NCBI GenBank assembly: GCA_963847445.1
Contig: CAWJZV010000030.1
Span: 64,001-128,000 of the forward strand
From: an uncultured delta proteobacterium
GTDB taxonomy: Bacteria; Desulfobacterota; Binatia; UBA9968
DNA: 64,000 nucleotides
Direction: 5' to 3'
How positions within the stretch are numbered: position 1 is the first letter of the stretch; every line of letters starts with the position of its first letter. Positions 32,769 to 44,464 of the stretch are shown here, one piece after another. Below the pieces are notes generated by a model. The model did not search any database. It saw only the letters and a program-made list of their open reading frames with translations, and was not told where the DNA came from. The position numbers and the translations under genes are program-made.

Positions 32769-33656
32769 ATGACGAAGCGATATCTATCGGTGCTACTCTG
32801 GATCGCCTGCTCTTTGTCGACCCAGATTACCTTTCTTGTCGGCGAACTTCGCGCCGCCGATTCTGTGCGCATGAAATGGCTGGGCACCGCCGGCTGGGAG
32901 ATTCGCGTCGGCGAGACGGTCATTCTAATCGACCCGTTTCCCACCAGAAGGCAAGCCGCCGCCGGCGTTGAGTGGAAAACCGACGAAGAAGAAGTTGCCA
33001 AAGCCATTAATAAGGCTGACTACATCTTCGCCGGTCACAGCCACGCCGACCACATCGCCGATATTCCGGTAATCGCCAAACGTTTCGGCGCCAAGGTAAT
33101 CGGTTCGAGGACCACGACCAATATCGCCTTGAGCGCGGGAGTCGATAAGAGCCAACTGACAACGATCAGTGGCGGCGAGAAGTTTGAATTCAAAGATTTC
33201 TCCGTCCAGGTGATTGAAAGCCAGCATGGCGTGCTTAACCGCGGTGGGCGCCGCCGCCAAGCCAAATTTGACGAGGTCTTGCGTCCCTGGAACGGGCCAA
33301 TCATGGGCGAGGCATTTGTCCAGGGAGGGAGTTACCTTTATTACTTTACCTTTGGCAACTTGCGCGTCCTGCATCAGAGCACGGGCAATTTCATCGAGGA
33401 CAACTTGAAGGGACTGCGGCCCGATGTGGCAATCCTCGCCGACAACAGCAACTATGACTGGGCGGATGCGCTTAAAATTCTCCGGCCGAAAATAGTGATC
33501 ATTCACCACTACGATGAATGGCGCACGCCCTACGGCGATGGCATCCCCGAGTCCAATAAACGCAGAGCCCAGCGCTTTGAACGTTTGATCAAGTCGGTCG
33601 ATAAGCAAATCAAAGTCATCATCCCTGAACTGCTAAAACCGGTTGTCTTGGAATAA
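32769..33656 (+). CDS. Exported metallo-beta-lactamase-fold hydrolase (UlaG-like)
   Basis: WLGTAGW, ILIDP, HSHADH, SQH, HHYD. Confidence 0.85.
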   Translation: MTKRYLSVLLWIACSLSTQITFLVGELRAADSVRMKWLGTAGWEIRVGETVILIDPFPTRRQAAAGVEWKTDEEEVAKAINKADYIFAGHSHADHIADIPVIAKRFGAKVIGSRTTTNIALSAGVDKSQLTTISGGEKFEFKDFSVQVIESQHGVLNRGGRRRQAKFDEVLRPWNGPIMGEAFVQGGSYLYYFTFGNLRVLHQSTGNFIEDNLKGLRPDVAILADNSNYDWADALKILRPKIVIIHHYDEWRTPYGDGIPESNKRRAQRFERLIKSVDKQIKVIIPELLKPVVLE

Positions 33657-33917
33657 GTCACAAAGGCAGCGCTCAATACTTGAGTCGGTGCGAGCGACGT
33701 CAAGCCGGCGGGCGAGATCGGCTGGACGCTAATCGAGCAGCAAAAACAAATAGCCCGCCCATCGGTCTCGCCCCTAGCTTTAAGAAGCGCCGATAACTTG
33801 CTAAAAGTATTACTGGCGTTTTAGGCAGTTGCCTAAAACCCGAAGCAGCCAAAGTCAGCGTGCTCGAAGCCTGCGGCACTCGACTTCGCTAAACATCACC
33901 ACAAGGATTGGATCATC

Positions 33918-35024
33918 ATGCTGAGAGCTGGAATCGTCGGTTTGCCCAATGTCGGCAAATCAACCCTGTTTAATGCCATCACGCGCACCCGCAAAGCGGA
34001 GGCGGCGAACTATCCCTTTTGCACCATCGACCCCAACATCGGCATGGTCACCGTGCCCGATGCGCGGCTCCAAGTGTTGCAGCAGATGGTCAAAACCAAC
34101 GTCGTCATTCCCGCGGTGATCGAGTTCGTCGACATCGCCGGCCTGGTCAAGGGCGCGAGCCAAGGCGAAGGGCTGGGTAATAAATTTCTCACCCACATCC
34201 GTGAAGTCGACGCCATCGTCCAGGTGGTGCGCTGCTTCGAAGATGCCGACGTCCATCATGTCTCCGGCAATATCGATCCGGTGCGCGACATCGAGGTCAT
34301 CAACACCGAACTGATGCTCGCCGATCTCGAAACGGTGAAAAAGCGCCGCGAGCGCATCGCCAAAGAGATCAAGCGCGGCGACAAGAGCGCCGCCGCCGAA
34401 GACGCCGTCTTGGTGAAAATCGAGACATGCCCTCGACGCCGGCAAACCGGCGCTTACCGTCGAGCTCACGCCGGAGGAACACGCATTGTCCAGCGCAATT
34501 CTTCCTGCTTTCGGACAAGCGAACCATCTTCGCCTGCAACGTCAAGGAGTCCGACCTCGCCACCGCCGACCAAAACCCCTACGTCCTGAAAGTGCGGCGA
34601 GTACGTAAAAACCCATCTTGCTTGCGAAGCCGTGGTCATCAGCGCGCAGATCGAGAGCGATCTCGTCGATCTCGAACCCGCCGAAGCCGAGGCGTTTCTC
34701 AAAGAGCTGGGCGTGCAAGAGAGCGGCATCGGCGCGCTGATCCGCGCGACCTATCACCTGCTCGGCCTGCGAACCTTTCTCACCGCCGGCGAAAAAGAAG
34801 TGCGCGCCTGGACCATCCACGCCGGCGATACCGCGCCGAAGGCCGCCGGCGTCATCCACTCCGACTTCGAGCGCGGCTTCATCAAAGCCGAAACCGTCGC
34901 CTACGACGATCTCGTCCAATGCGGCTCCGTCGCCGCCGCCCGCGCCAAGGGACTCTACCGCATGGAAGGCAAAGAATACGTTGTCGCCGACGGCGATGTG
35001 ATGCTCTTCAAGTTCAACGTCTAG
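33918..35024 (+). CDS. ychF: Redox-regulated ATPase YchF, frameshifted
   Basis: [72 protein letters not shown]. Confidence 0.97.
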
Positions 35025-35288
35025 TCCACAGTCATTAGGGATTCGTAGCTTCTGAGTCCTCATCCTTTAGGGTTCATGCTTTTTGAAAGGGCGACTCGGA
35101 AACGGTTGCTAGACTTCTCGCTGCGCTCGAAATGACAATCTGCGGTATGGTAGGCTGATCATCCGCGAACGGATTGAGGACGATATCCGTGACTTGAAAA
35201 CGACCAACGAGCAACCTCACGGCACAGAAAGTGCCAGTTTAACCGCATGTTAAAGAGAAAGAGGAATCGGATAATACGAAAGCGCGCA

Positions 35289-35507
35289 AAGATCAAATTG
35301 CTGGATACGATTGCGCTGCTACAGGACATTCCGACGCGAAAACTGAAATAAGGAGCGAGGTCGGCACGGTAGAGAGATCTTGGCGCCGGACGTTTATGAA
35401 GTAGAATTCTGTGATGATGACGGCGAGACTTATCCCGAGATTGGCCTTGCGTGGCAATCAGACAATCCCGCTCCACAATCAAGGCGAAGCCTTGAATCGT
35501 CGCCTGA
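35289..35507 (+). pseudogene. DUF4926-like small protein remnant
   Basis: KIKLLDTIALLQDIP..KLK*G.VGTV..LAPDVYEVEFCDDDGETY..IPLH; in-frame TAA plus indels, no intact start. Confidence 0.6.
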
Positions 35508-35783
35508 ACTTGTCGCTATAAGCCAGCATAACCGCCGCATGGATCACAATTGTCGAGTCGTCAATGTCATAAACTCATACGCCAGCCAGAGCCATAATCG
35601 CCGGCAACCGCTGAGCTGTCGCTCCCATGCGAAATGTTTGGCTACGAGCTGTTGCGTTCCCGTCGGATATTCCCGTGCTCGAGGGCATGCTTACTTGCGG
35701 CCATAATGCCGCGCTCACTTGTCTTCTTGAGCCGACGTGCGCTAAGAAAGTCATACCGACGACTGTGCGCTTGGGAGAACACC

Positions 35784-37253
35784 ATGGAAGAGATCAAGAT
35801 TGTCGACACGACGCTGCGCGATGGCAACACCAGCCTATGGGCGCACAATATGACCACCGGCATGATGCATCCGGTGCTGCGCCACATGGATCAAGCCGGC
35901 TTTGACGCCATGGAGTTCTTCGTCGCCGGCAGATTCAAAAAAGTCATCCGCGAGCAGCTCGACAACCCCTGGGAATGGGTGCGCTACGGCCAGCGAGGAA
36001 ATTAAAAATACCCAGCTGCGTTATCACGGCGGCCTCACCGGCGGCTTCATTCTGAGTCCCCTATGCATCCCGCGCCTGCTGCTGAAGCTGGTCATCGGCT
36101 ACGGCATCAACATGACGCGCCTGTCCGACCCGTGGAACGACTACGACGAACTCAAAGGCGAAGTCGAGGAGCTGCGCGACATGGGCATGACCTCGGTGGT
36201 CAACTTGATCTACTCGATCTCGCCGCGCCACACCGACGAATACTACGCGCGCAAAGCCCGCGAGGCAGCGGCCATGAAGCCCTATCGCCTGTGCTTCAAA
36301 GATGTCGCCGGCATGCTCACGCCGGATCGCGCTTACACATTGGCAAAGCTGATTCTCGAAAATGTCGGCGACGTGCCGGTGGAGTTTCACTGCCACTGCA
36401 ACAATGGCCTGGCGCCGTTCAATGTCCTCGAAGTGGTCAAGGCCGGCATTCGCATCGTCCACACCTCGATACCGCCGCTGGCCAACGGCTCGGCGCAACC
36501 GTCGGTATTTAACGTCGTCAACAATCTGCGCGCTCTGGGCTACCAGCCGCTGGTCAATGAAAAGGTCTTGGCGCCGGTGGAGGAACATTTGCGCCGCTGC
36601 GCCAAGGAAGCTGGCCTGCCCATCGGCGCGCCGCGCGAATACGACCAGGGTTGGTACCGCCACCAAGTGCCCGGCGGCATGATCTCCAACCTGCGCCACC
36701 AGCTCAAGATGCTCGGCAAAGAGGACAAGATGGCGGACGTGCTCGAAGAGATCGTCCAGGTGCGCGCCGAGCTCGGCTATCCGATCATGGTCACCCCCTT
36801 CGCCCAGTTCGTCGGCAGCCAAGCGGCGATCAACATCATGACCGGCGAGCGCTACAAAGAAGTCACCGATCAGGTGATTCAATTCGCCCTGGGCCTGTGG
36901 GGCAAAGAAGGCGCCCAGTACATGGACAAGGAAGTCAAAGCCAAGATCCTAGATCGAAAACGCGCCCGCGAGATGGAAAGCTTTCAAATCCCCAACACGC
37001 CATTGGAAGAAGTGCGCAGCCAGTACGGCGGACGCGAAGATCTCCGACGAAGAACTGATCATGCGCTATTACGCCGGGCCGGAGTTCGTCGACGCCTTAA
37101 AAACCGCGCCGCCGCGCAAGGAATACTTGGACGCGAGAAAACCGCTAGTAAAGTTGGTCGAGCAGTTGCAGCAAAAAGGATTTCAGCCATGTTCATATAC
37201 AAAGAGACGGCTTCTCGATCTCGGCTGGACGAATCACGCAAACCGCCGGATAA
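35784..37253 (+). CDS. Pyruvate carboxylase B / oxaloacetate decarboxylase alpha-like carboxyltransferase, frameshifted
   Basis: DTTLRDG..SLW, FKD.AG.LTP, FHCH, HQVPGGMISNL, ELGYPIMVTPFAQFVGSQA; no MKM biotinyl motif. Confidence 0.85.
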
Positions 37254-37274
37254 TCACTGGCAAGTTCTCATCTA

Positions 37275-37417
37275 CCCCTCTTTGGACAAGAGCGGCTAGG
37301 GGAGATTTTTCGCGTCCTTGCGGCTCCGTCATCACAAAATATTGCCCGATTATTACGAAGAAAACCTCTCCGCCCCACAACCAAATCCCCCTCGATCCCC
37401 CTTTGCCAAAGTGGGAG
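37275..37417. repeat. Family A REP-like element, arms in reverse order
   Basis: cccctctttggacaagagcggctaggggagatttt and aaatccccctcgatccccctttgccaaagtgggag. Confidence 0.65.
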
Positions 37418-37509
37418 TAGATAATTGAGCTTCACCTGAGATCTCTCGGCTATCTCTGGCGAATAAGCTGCGCAATGGCGCTGCCCCTTCCTCAACCAGT
37501 CGATAGGTG

Positions 37510-38519
37510 TCATTTCTCGTACAGCTTCTTTACAAACCCGCTCGCCTCGATCTCTCGCGCGATTTTATTCGCCACGAACTGCTCGGGATCGGCGTTTTTG
37601 GCTGCGGCATTGTGCTGCCGAGTTCTGCGAGAATGGTCTTAATACCGTCGGCAGTCGCGATCGGCAGCGGCAGATATTTGTTCACGTAGTTATTGTAGCT
37701 ATCTTCCAAAATCTCGCGGTCGTCATTGCGGTTGTATTTTTTCAGCACCGCCAGACGCGGTTTCCTTGTTGCGCTTGAAATCATGGATCGCCTCGATGTA
37801 GGCGAGCATGAACTCTTTCACCACCGCTTCATTTTTCTAGCAAAAACGATTTGGTCGTCCCGATCGGCGCCATCGGATAGTGCAAACCTAATTCGGCCAA
37901 GTCGCCCAACTCGCGAAAACCGGCTTTGCGCGCGACCAGTGAGGCGGTGCCGCTCAGCACACCGGCATCGATCATTTTCGTCTGCATGGCACGGACGGTG
38001 TCCTGGGTCGTGCCGATCTGCAGGATGCTCACGTCGCGCTCGGGATTGAGCCCCCACTTCTTGAGCGCCAATCGGATGGCGAAATCGGAGGTCGCGCCGT
38101 AGCGGCTGACGCCAAGCTTCTTGCCTTTGAGTTGCGCCGGGCTGGTCAGTGTCCGGCGCGCCGAATACTTTGAAAACAAATCCATTGAGCGCGGCCGAGA
38201 GAATCACCGTGTCCGCGCCCTGCAAGGCCGCTTGAACCAAGCCGGAACCGGACAGCGAGGCGATTTCCAAATCCTTGGCGATCAGCGCGCGCAACGAAAC
38301 CGCCCCGGTGCCCATACCGACCAACAACACATCCAAGCCGCGCTTTTCGAATAGCCTGGTCTCCTTGGCAAACCACAGGGGCGCGATGGCGCCGTCAGTG
38401 GAGCCATAGCCGGCGACGACTTTGATTAAGGGCTTGGCCTGCCCCGCCTGGCTGAGTTGGCATTGCAGCAAGGTGAGAACCGTGGCCATCAGGACACTGA
38501 TCCGTTCAAGCAGATTCAT
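37510..38519 (-). CDS. ABC substrate-binding protein, NitT/TauT family, frameshifted
   Basis: LFEKRGLDV, LKGKKLGVSRYGATSD, C-terminus IEASGFVKKLYEK. Confidence 0.85.
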
Positions 38520-38529
38520 TTCTCGTCTC

Positions 38530-39285
38530 CTAATGAGCTAACGTGTCCAGCAGTTTGCCGTAACCGCGAATGTCCGCCTTAATCCCCAGGTCGCGAAGCG
38601 GCGCCCAGATCTGTCCCAGCGCGCTGCTCACCACCGGCTTGCCAAGGTCATCTTCCAAGGCCTGGATAACCGCCAGCGTCGGCCAGGCCGACGAGGTGAT
38701 CAACACGGCATCGCATGAAGGGTGACGCCGGCCAACGTTCCGTACATGGTCGAACACCCGGTGCGGCGACAGCATGGCTTTTTCAATCGAGGACATGCCG
38801 GTGTCGAGTCCTTCGATGGCGAGCACATCGAAACCTTCCGTGGTTAGAAACTCTTTGACCAATTGATTGTGTGCCGGAATGAAAGAAGTCGCCACCGCCA
38901 GTTTAGCTGCGCCAAGATGCTTCAAGCCGTCGGCAAATGCCTGCGGGCTGGTGGTGGCCGGCACCGGCGCTTGCCGGCGCAACCATCCAAGTAATTCCCG
39001 GTGGCGCGCCACGCCTTTCGCCAGCACCAAAGGCGCGCCGGCCAGCGCAATATGATCGACGCGGGTCTCGCGCAAGCTGGCGATGGCGTCCGCGAATCCC
39101 TCCCACGAAGCTTCAACCTGGCTCGACTCGCGAGCGTCGCGAATGACCAAGTTGCTCAATACCAAAGTAACGCCGTCCGGCGCCACGCGATAAAACTCGT
39201 AAGGAAATATTTCCGTGCAGGCGGTTGGCGAGATATTGCCCATGCGCCCGCGCCAGCCGTAACTCTTGTCGGTAACCGTAGCCAT
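38530..39285 (-). CDS. Maleate isomerase / arylmalonate decarboxylase-like protein
   Basis: YGWRGR.G.I.P, P.GV, P.TT, LGA.K.AVAT, LE.DLGKPVVSS, I.GYG.LL. Confidence 0.8.
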   Translation of the reverse strand: MATVTDKSYGWRGRMGNISPTACTEIFPYEFYRVAPDGVTLVLSNLVIRDARESSQVEASWEGFADAIASLRETRVDHIALAGAPLVLAKGVARHRELLGWLRRQAPVPATTSPQAFADGLKHLGAAKLAVATSFIPAHNQLVKEFLTTEGFDVLAIEGLDTGMSSIEKAMLSPHRVFDHVRNVGRRHPSCDAVLITSSAWPTLAVIQALEDDLGKPVVSSALGQIWAPLRDLGIKADIRGYGKLLDTLAH

Positions 39286-39368
39286 GGCCCTATAAGTGCA
39301 CCAAAAGACCGTACCAATGCAAAGGCTTTTGTGTCTTATATGAGTCGAAGCGCTGAACCGGGAAGGAG

Positions 39369-40348
39369 ATGCCATTGATGAATATCGTGCGAAACCCAAC
39401 TTGCCAATCGTGCACTGCTAACCTTCGGATTCCTTCTAGCTCTCGACGCCACGAGCGACCTATTCGCCCAGGAGAAAAAACTTATCATCGGCTACACCGC
39501 CCGGGATTTAAATAACTTCCCGCTGTTCGCCGCCCAGGCGCGCGGATTACTTCAGAGACGCCGGCAAAGATGTCGAGTTGGTGCAGATTCGATCGAATAT
39601 CGGATTGTCAGGGCTTGCTCGGCGGTTCGGTGGATTATTACACATCGTTTAGCAGTGCGGTGACGCTGGCGGCGCAGCAGGGCTCGCCGGTTGTCGGCAT
39701 CTTCAGCATGATCGAGCGGCCGAGCCTCTACATGGTCACACGCCCGGAGATTCGCACCATGCCGAGCTCAAAGGCAAGACCATCGGCCTGGGCTCCATCG
39801 GCGGCATCACGGTGACGATCACCCGGCGCATGTTGGCCAACTATGGGGTCAACGCCAATGAATTTACCATCGTGTCTTCCGGCGACTTGCCGGTGCGATT
39901 GGCCGCGGTAAAGTCCGGCGCGATTCACGCCACTCTGGCCGGTCCGCCGGCGCCGGTGCAAGCCAAAGAGCTCGGACTTAACGTGCTCGCCTCGGCCGCG
40001 GATACCGTGGACTTTCCATTGGCCGGGTTGTCGACTGCGGTGGCGAAAATTCGCACCAACCGCGCCGAAGTCGTCGCCGTGCTGACGGCGATGCTGCGCG
40101 GCTTGTTGTTCGTGCGCAGCCAGCGCAGCGATGCGATCGGCTTGATCCAGAAACTATTCAGGATGGAACGCGAACTGGCCGAAGCCGGCTACGACCAGAC
40201 GCTGCCGGCTTATAGCAAAGACGGCACAGCGTCGGCTCGAGGCATTGAAAGTGTTCTCGAAGTGGCGCGCCAAGGCGGCGGCGCAAAAGCGGTTGGAGTC
40301 AACGACGTGGTCGATTTTACGCCGCTGCGTGAAGCGCAGGCGTTGTGA
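39369..40348 (+). CDS. ABC substrate-binding protein, NitT/TauT family, frameshifted
   Basis: GYF..DVELV, LKGKTIG, RLAAVKSG.I.A, VVDFTPLREAQ. Confidence 0.8.
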
Positions 40349-40453
40349 AACTGCGTTAACAGACATCGATTCGTGCCTAGTTCACATCGACCCACTTGAG
40401 CAAAGATCACGTTGAAGATTGAACACGCTCTTGAAACGGTACAGATATCGGCA

Positions 40454-41368
40454 ATGTCAAAAGTGCAGATCCTAGAAGAAGCGATTTCAACCCATGTTCG
40501 TGACGGCATGTCGATCGCACTGGGCTGCGCCCTGGAATCGCTGATTCCCTTCGCCGCGAGCCACGAAATCATCCGGCAGCGGCAAAAAGATTTGACCTTG
40601 ATCGGGCCGATTTCCGACATTCAGTTCGATCAACTCATCGGCGCCGGCTGCGTCAGGAAGATCCAAGCGTCCTGGGTCGGCAATGTCGCCGCCGGCCTTG
40701 GCCACAATTTTCGCCGCGCGGCGGAAGCCGCGATCCGCCAGTCGCGATGGAAATCGAGGAACACTCCAATTTTACCATCGGCCTGGCTCTCCAGGCAGCG
40801 GCGATGGGCCTGCCCTTCTTGCCGACCGATCGATCAAGGGCAGCGACTATCGCCAAAGACCCGCACTTCAGCCGCGTCACTGCCCTTTCACCGGCGAAGA
40901 GCTGGTCGCGGTGCGCGCGATTCACCCCGACGTCGCCATACTCCACGTGCAACGTGCCGACGATCACGGCAATGCCCATGTCTGGGGAAACTTACGGCGT
41001 CATGCGCGAGGCCGCGATGGCCGCCAAAAAAGTCATTCTGACCTGCGAAGAACTTGTCGATCACGCAGTGATTCTCAGCGATCCCAATCGCACACGTGAT
41101 CCCTGGTTTCGTCGTCACCAGCGTCGTCCATGAACCCAACGGCTCCTATCCGTCGCCGACCCAAGGCTACGCCAGACGCGATGATGCTTTCTATTTCGAG
41201 TACCACAGAGCGACTCGGACCGCCGAGGGTTTCAATCGCTGGTTGGAAAAGTATGTCTACGGCGTCAAAAACCACCGGGAATTTCTTGACCTGTTGGGCC
41301 GAGAACGGCGGGAGCGGCTCAAACCGCAGGGCGAACTGTTTGCGCCGGCGGTCAGCTTCAATTACTAA
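40454..41368 (+). CDS. CoA-transferase subunit A (glutaconate CoA-transferase alpha-like), frameshifted
   Basis: EAI..V.DG..I, PFAA.HEIIRQ, DQLIGAGC, AAAMGLPF.P, PDVAI.HVQRAD..GN, G.YPS..GY..RD..FY. Confidence 0.88.
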
Positions 41369-41397
41369 TCCAAGAATCAATTTTTAGGAGGCTAGTC

Positions 41398-41832
41398 ATG
41401 AAAACCGTACCCACGGCGAAGTTATCCCAGGAAGGCTGCGACATCATCGTCAACGCCGCCATCGAAAAAGCCAAGGAGCTCAAACAAATCGGCAGCATCT
41501 GCGTCGTCGATGCCGGCGCCCATCTGATGGCGTTCAAGCGCATGACCAATGGCCGCACCCACAATACGCTGATCGCCCAGGCGAAAGCGCGCTGCGCCGC
41601 ATTGACCACGGCGGCCACCGGCAAGACCGGCCGCGACGGCAGCGAGATCCCCGATCACCAAGTGTTGGCGCAAACCCTCGCCGTCGGACCTGGTTATTTC
41701 ATCAGCATCGAAGGCGGTCTGCCGATCACCGTCGATGGCCAGTGCATCGGCGGCGTCGGCTTCAGCGGCGCGCCCGCCGCGGTGGACCGGCAAATTGTCC
41801 AGGCGGGAATCGACGCGTTCAATAAAGCCTAA
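41398..41832 (+). CDS. GlcG/HbpS (DUF336) heme-binding family protein
   Basis: ICVVD.G.HL..F.RM, IA..KA, GGLPI..DG..IGGVG.SG..D. Confidence 0.88.
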   Translation: MKTVPTAKLSQEGCDIIVNAAIEKAKELKQIGSICVVDAGAHLMAFKRMTNGRTHNTLIAQAKARCAALTTAATGKTGRDGSEIPDHQVLAQTLAVGPGYFISIEGGLPITVDGQCIGGVGFSGAPAAVDRQIVQAGIDAFNKA

Positions 41833-41838
41833 CGGCTG

Positions 41839-41900
41839 GTTTCGAGTTTAGGGTTCTGGGTTTCGGGTTAACACGAAACTCGAAACGCGCGACCCGAAAC
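41839..41900. repeat. Inverted degenerate 7-mer array (TTTCGRG / CYCGAAA)
   Basis: gtttcgagtttagggttctgggtttcggg ... cacgaaactcgaaacgcgcgacccgaaac. Confidence 0.7.
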
Positions 41901-41931
41901 AGCGAGCGACACTGCAATCCACGATTGGATA

Positions 41932-42686
41932 ATGACCTATACACTTCGCGAGCTAATGGTCGCCGCCGCGGCGCGGCAGATCTGCGACGGCGACAAAGTT
42001 TTTGTCGGCATGCGTTTGCCGCTGTTGGGCTTTGCCGTGGCCAAAGAGACTCACGCGCCCAACGCCATCGGTATTTTCGAGAACGGCGTGATTCGCGATT
42101 GGCCGGCGCTGGAATCGATCTTTACCATGAGCGATCCGCCCAATATCGCCGGCGCGCTCTCCTGCGGCGGCTTGAATGACGTGATGTATTTGTTGCAGAG
42201 CGGCCGGGTCGATCTCGGCTTCATCGGCGGCGCCGAGATCGACCGCTTCGGCAATTTGAATACCCATTGGGTCGAAGACAACGGCAAGCGCACGCGCTTA
42301 CCAGGCAGCGGCGGCGCTGCCGATATCGCGACCATGGCCAAGCGCACGCATCATCATCATGAATCACGAGCGGCGCCGCTTTGTCGAGAAGGTTCAATAC
42401 GTCACGTCACCGGGTTTCGGCGACCGGCGGCGATTGGCGTTCGCGCAACGGCTTAGCGGCGGCGGGCCCAGCCATGCGATCACCAGTATGGGGATTTTCT
42501 CATTCGACGCCGCCACCCGCGAGATGATTCTAACCTCGAACCATCCCGGGGTGACGGTCGAACAAATCAGACATGAAACCGGCTGGCCGCTGCGAATTGC
42601 CCAAGAGCTGAGCGAAACTGCGGCACCGACAAGATGAGCTTGCCGCGATTCGAAAATACGATCCCAAAGGGATTTGGACTTCCTAG
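41932..42686 (+). CDS. CoA-transferase subunit B, frameshifted
   Basis: ELM..AAR...DG..VFVG, HAPN...FENG (catalytic Glu), GF.GGA.ID.FGN.N, RLPGSGGA. Confidence 0.88.
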
Positions 42687-42720
42687 AACCTCAATGCCGA
42701 TCGAGTTCACCACTCCAATA

Positions 42721-43234
42721 TTACGCTTCCAGCTTCGCCGAATTGATCACCACCGGCTGCGTCGGCACATCTTGGTGATGGCCCTTGTTGCCGGTCGGCA
42801 CTTTTTCGATGTTACGAACCACATCCATCCCTTCGATAACCTGGCCGAAGACGGCGTAGCCGAACTCGGCGGCGGCGGTGCTGCGGTGATTCAAAAAATC
42901 ATTGTTCTTGACGTTGATGAAAAACTGCGACGTGGCGCTGTCGACGACGTTGGTGCGCGCCATGGCGATGGTGCCGATATCGTTTTTCAGGCCGTTGGCC
43001 GCTTCGTTTTTGATCGGCGCTTTGTTTGTTCTTCTCGTTCATCGCGGCGTCCATGCCGCCGCCTTGGATCATGAAGCCGGGAATGACGCGATGAAAGATC
43101 AGCCCGTCATAGTGGCCGGCGCTCACATAATCGACGAAGTTCTTGGTCGTGATCGGCGCCTTTACCGCGTCCAGTTCGATGCGGATATCGCCCATGCTCG
43201 TTGACATCAATACCACCGGATTTTTATCAGCCAT
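42721..43234 (-). CDS. Cyclophilin-type peptidyl-prolyl cis-trans isomerase, frameshifted
   Basis: [32 protein letters not shown]...[16 protein letters not shown]. Confidence 0.95.
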
Positions 43235-43394
43235 GATTGCCTCCGAAATTAAATATTTCGCGACACTAGCATTTCTCGCAGTCGACTTATAGCCTTGGCA
43301 TTTTGCACGCGCTCGATTCGGTGGAAATCTCGCCAAGGGTGCGCTATGGGTTAGCCATAACTCAAAAGCTTTAGGCATAGCGAAAGGAGCATTT

Positions 43395-44312
43395 ATGGCG
43401 AGCAATAGACAAATCGAAGGCATTTTGATGCCCATGCCGGTGGCGTTCAAACATGACGGCGCCATCGATCACAAGGCGACCGATGCGATCATCGACTTCT
43501 ACTTGGATGCCGGCGTGCATGGATTTTTTCCCTTGGGCACCCATGGCCAGGGCATGGTCATGGAGATCGACGAGCGCAAGAAAGTCGCCGAGCAGATCGT
43601 CAACCGGGTCAAGGGCCGCGTGCCCGTGGTCATGCATATCGGCACGGCCAACACGCTCTCCTCCATCGAGCTGGCCAAGCATGCCGTCGGCTTAGGCGTC
43701 GACGCCGTCGGCGTCGTGCCGCCCTACTACTATCCCCATGACGACTGGGAAGTTTACGCCCACTACAAAGCGATCGCCCAGTCGGTGCCGGGCACGCCGA
43801 TGTTTATCTACGACAACACCGAAACCACCTGGGTCGAAATCACCCCGGCCAAGGCCAACAAAATCATCGAAGCGATCGCGCCCAATCCATTGGCCGGCAT
43901 CAAAGTGTCTTTCATCGCCTACGACAAACTGCTCGGCTACGTCTATCAATTGCCGAAGACCACCGGCGTCTTTCCCGGCGGGATTTTTTCTCTCTACACC
44001 GGCTACTCCGTCGGCGTGCGCGGCGCGATCCATCCGCCGTCGACGCCGTTTCCCGAGGCCTGCGTGAAAATGTACGAAGCCTCGAAAGCCGACGACCTTA
44101 AGGCCGCGCGCACGGAACATGATTTGCTCACCCGGCTCATGCAGGTGGTCGGCAAATATCTGCGCAGCCATGGCCGCGGCGTCTTCTGCGAGCTGATGAA
44201 GCTGCGCGGTCTGCCGGTGGAACGCTTCCCGCGCTGGGAAACGCCGCCGTTTAGCGACAAAGACCGGGCGGAGTTGAAAGAAGGCTTGGAGAAAGCCGGT
44301 TTCAAGGGATAA
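43395..44312 (+). CDS. Dihydrodipicolinate synthase / N-acetylneuraminate lyase family aldolase
   Basis: GVHG.F.LGT.G, ERK, GRVPV..G, PPYYY, IY.N, Schiff-base Lys in GIK.S. Confidence 0.88.
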   Translation: MASNRQIEGILMPMPVAFKHDGAIDHKATDAIIDFYLDAGVHGFFPLGTHGQGMVMEIDERKKVAEQIVNRVKGRVPVVMHIGTANTLSSIELAKHAVGLGVDAVGVVPPYYYPHDDWEVYAHYKAIAQSVPGTPMFIYDNTETTWVEITPAKANKIIEAIAPNPLAGIKVSFIAYDKLLGYVYQLPKTTGVFPGGIFSLYTGYSVGVRGAIHPPSTPFPEACVKMYEASKADDLKAARTEHDLLTRLMQVVGKYLRSHGRGVFCELMKLRGLPVERFPRWETPPFSDKDRAELKEGLEKAGFKG

Positions 44313-44434
44313 ATCTCCCCTGCCCCTCTTTACAAAAGAGGGGTTTCGGATGTGCATTGCAGCTATGCGAATTTCGTGCGAAGCAAGCGGCAATCTACTT
44401 CCCCCTTTGAAAAAGGGGGACAGAGGGGGATTTT
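44311..44434. repeat. Family A REP-like double hairpin
   Basis: aaatctcccctgcccctctttacaaaagagggg ... ccccctttgaaaaagggggacagagggggatttt. Confidence 0.85.
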
Positions 44435-44464
44435 ATAGGCCAACGAGTCACGACTAGGACAATC

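Noticed and set aside
33918-35024. Programmed frameshifting or pseudogenisation of ychF
   Set aside because: No slippery site; indel density matches the rest of the window
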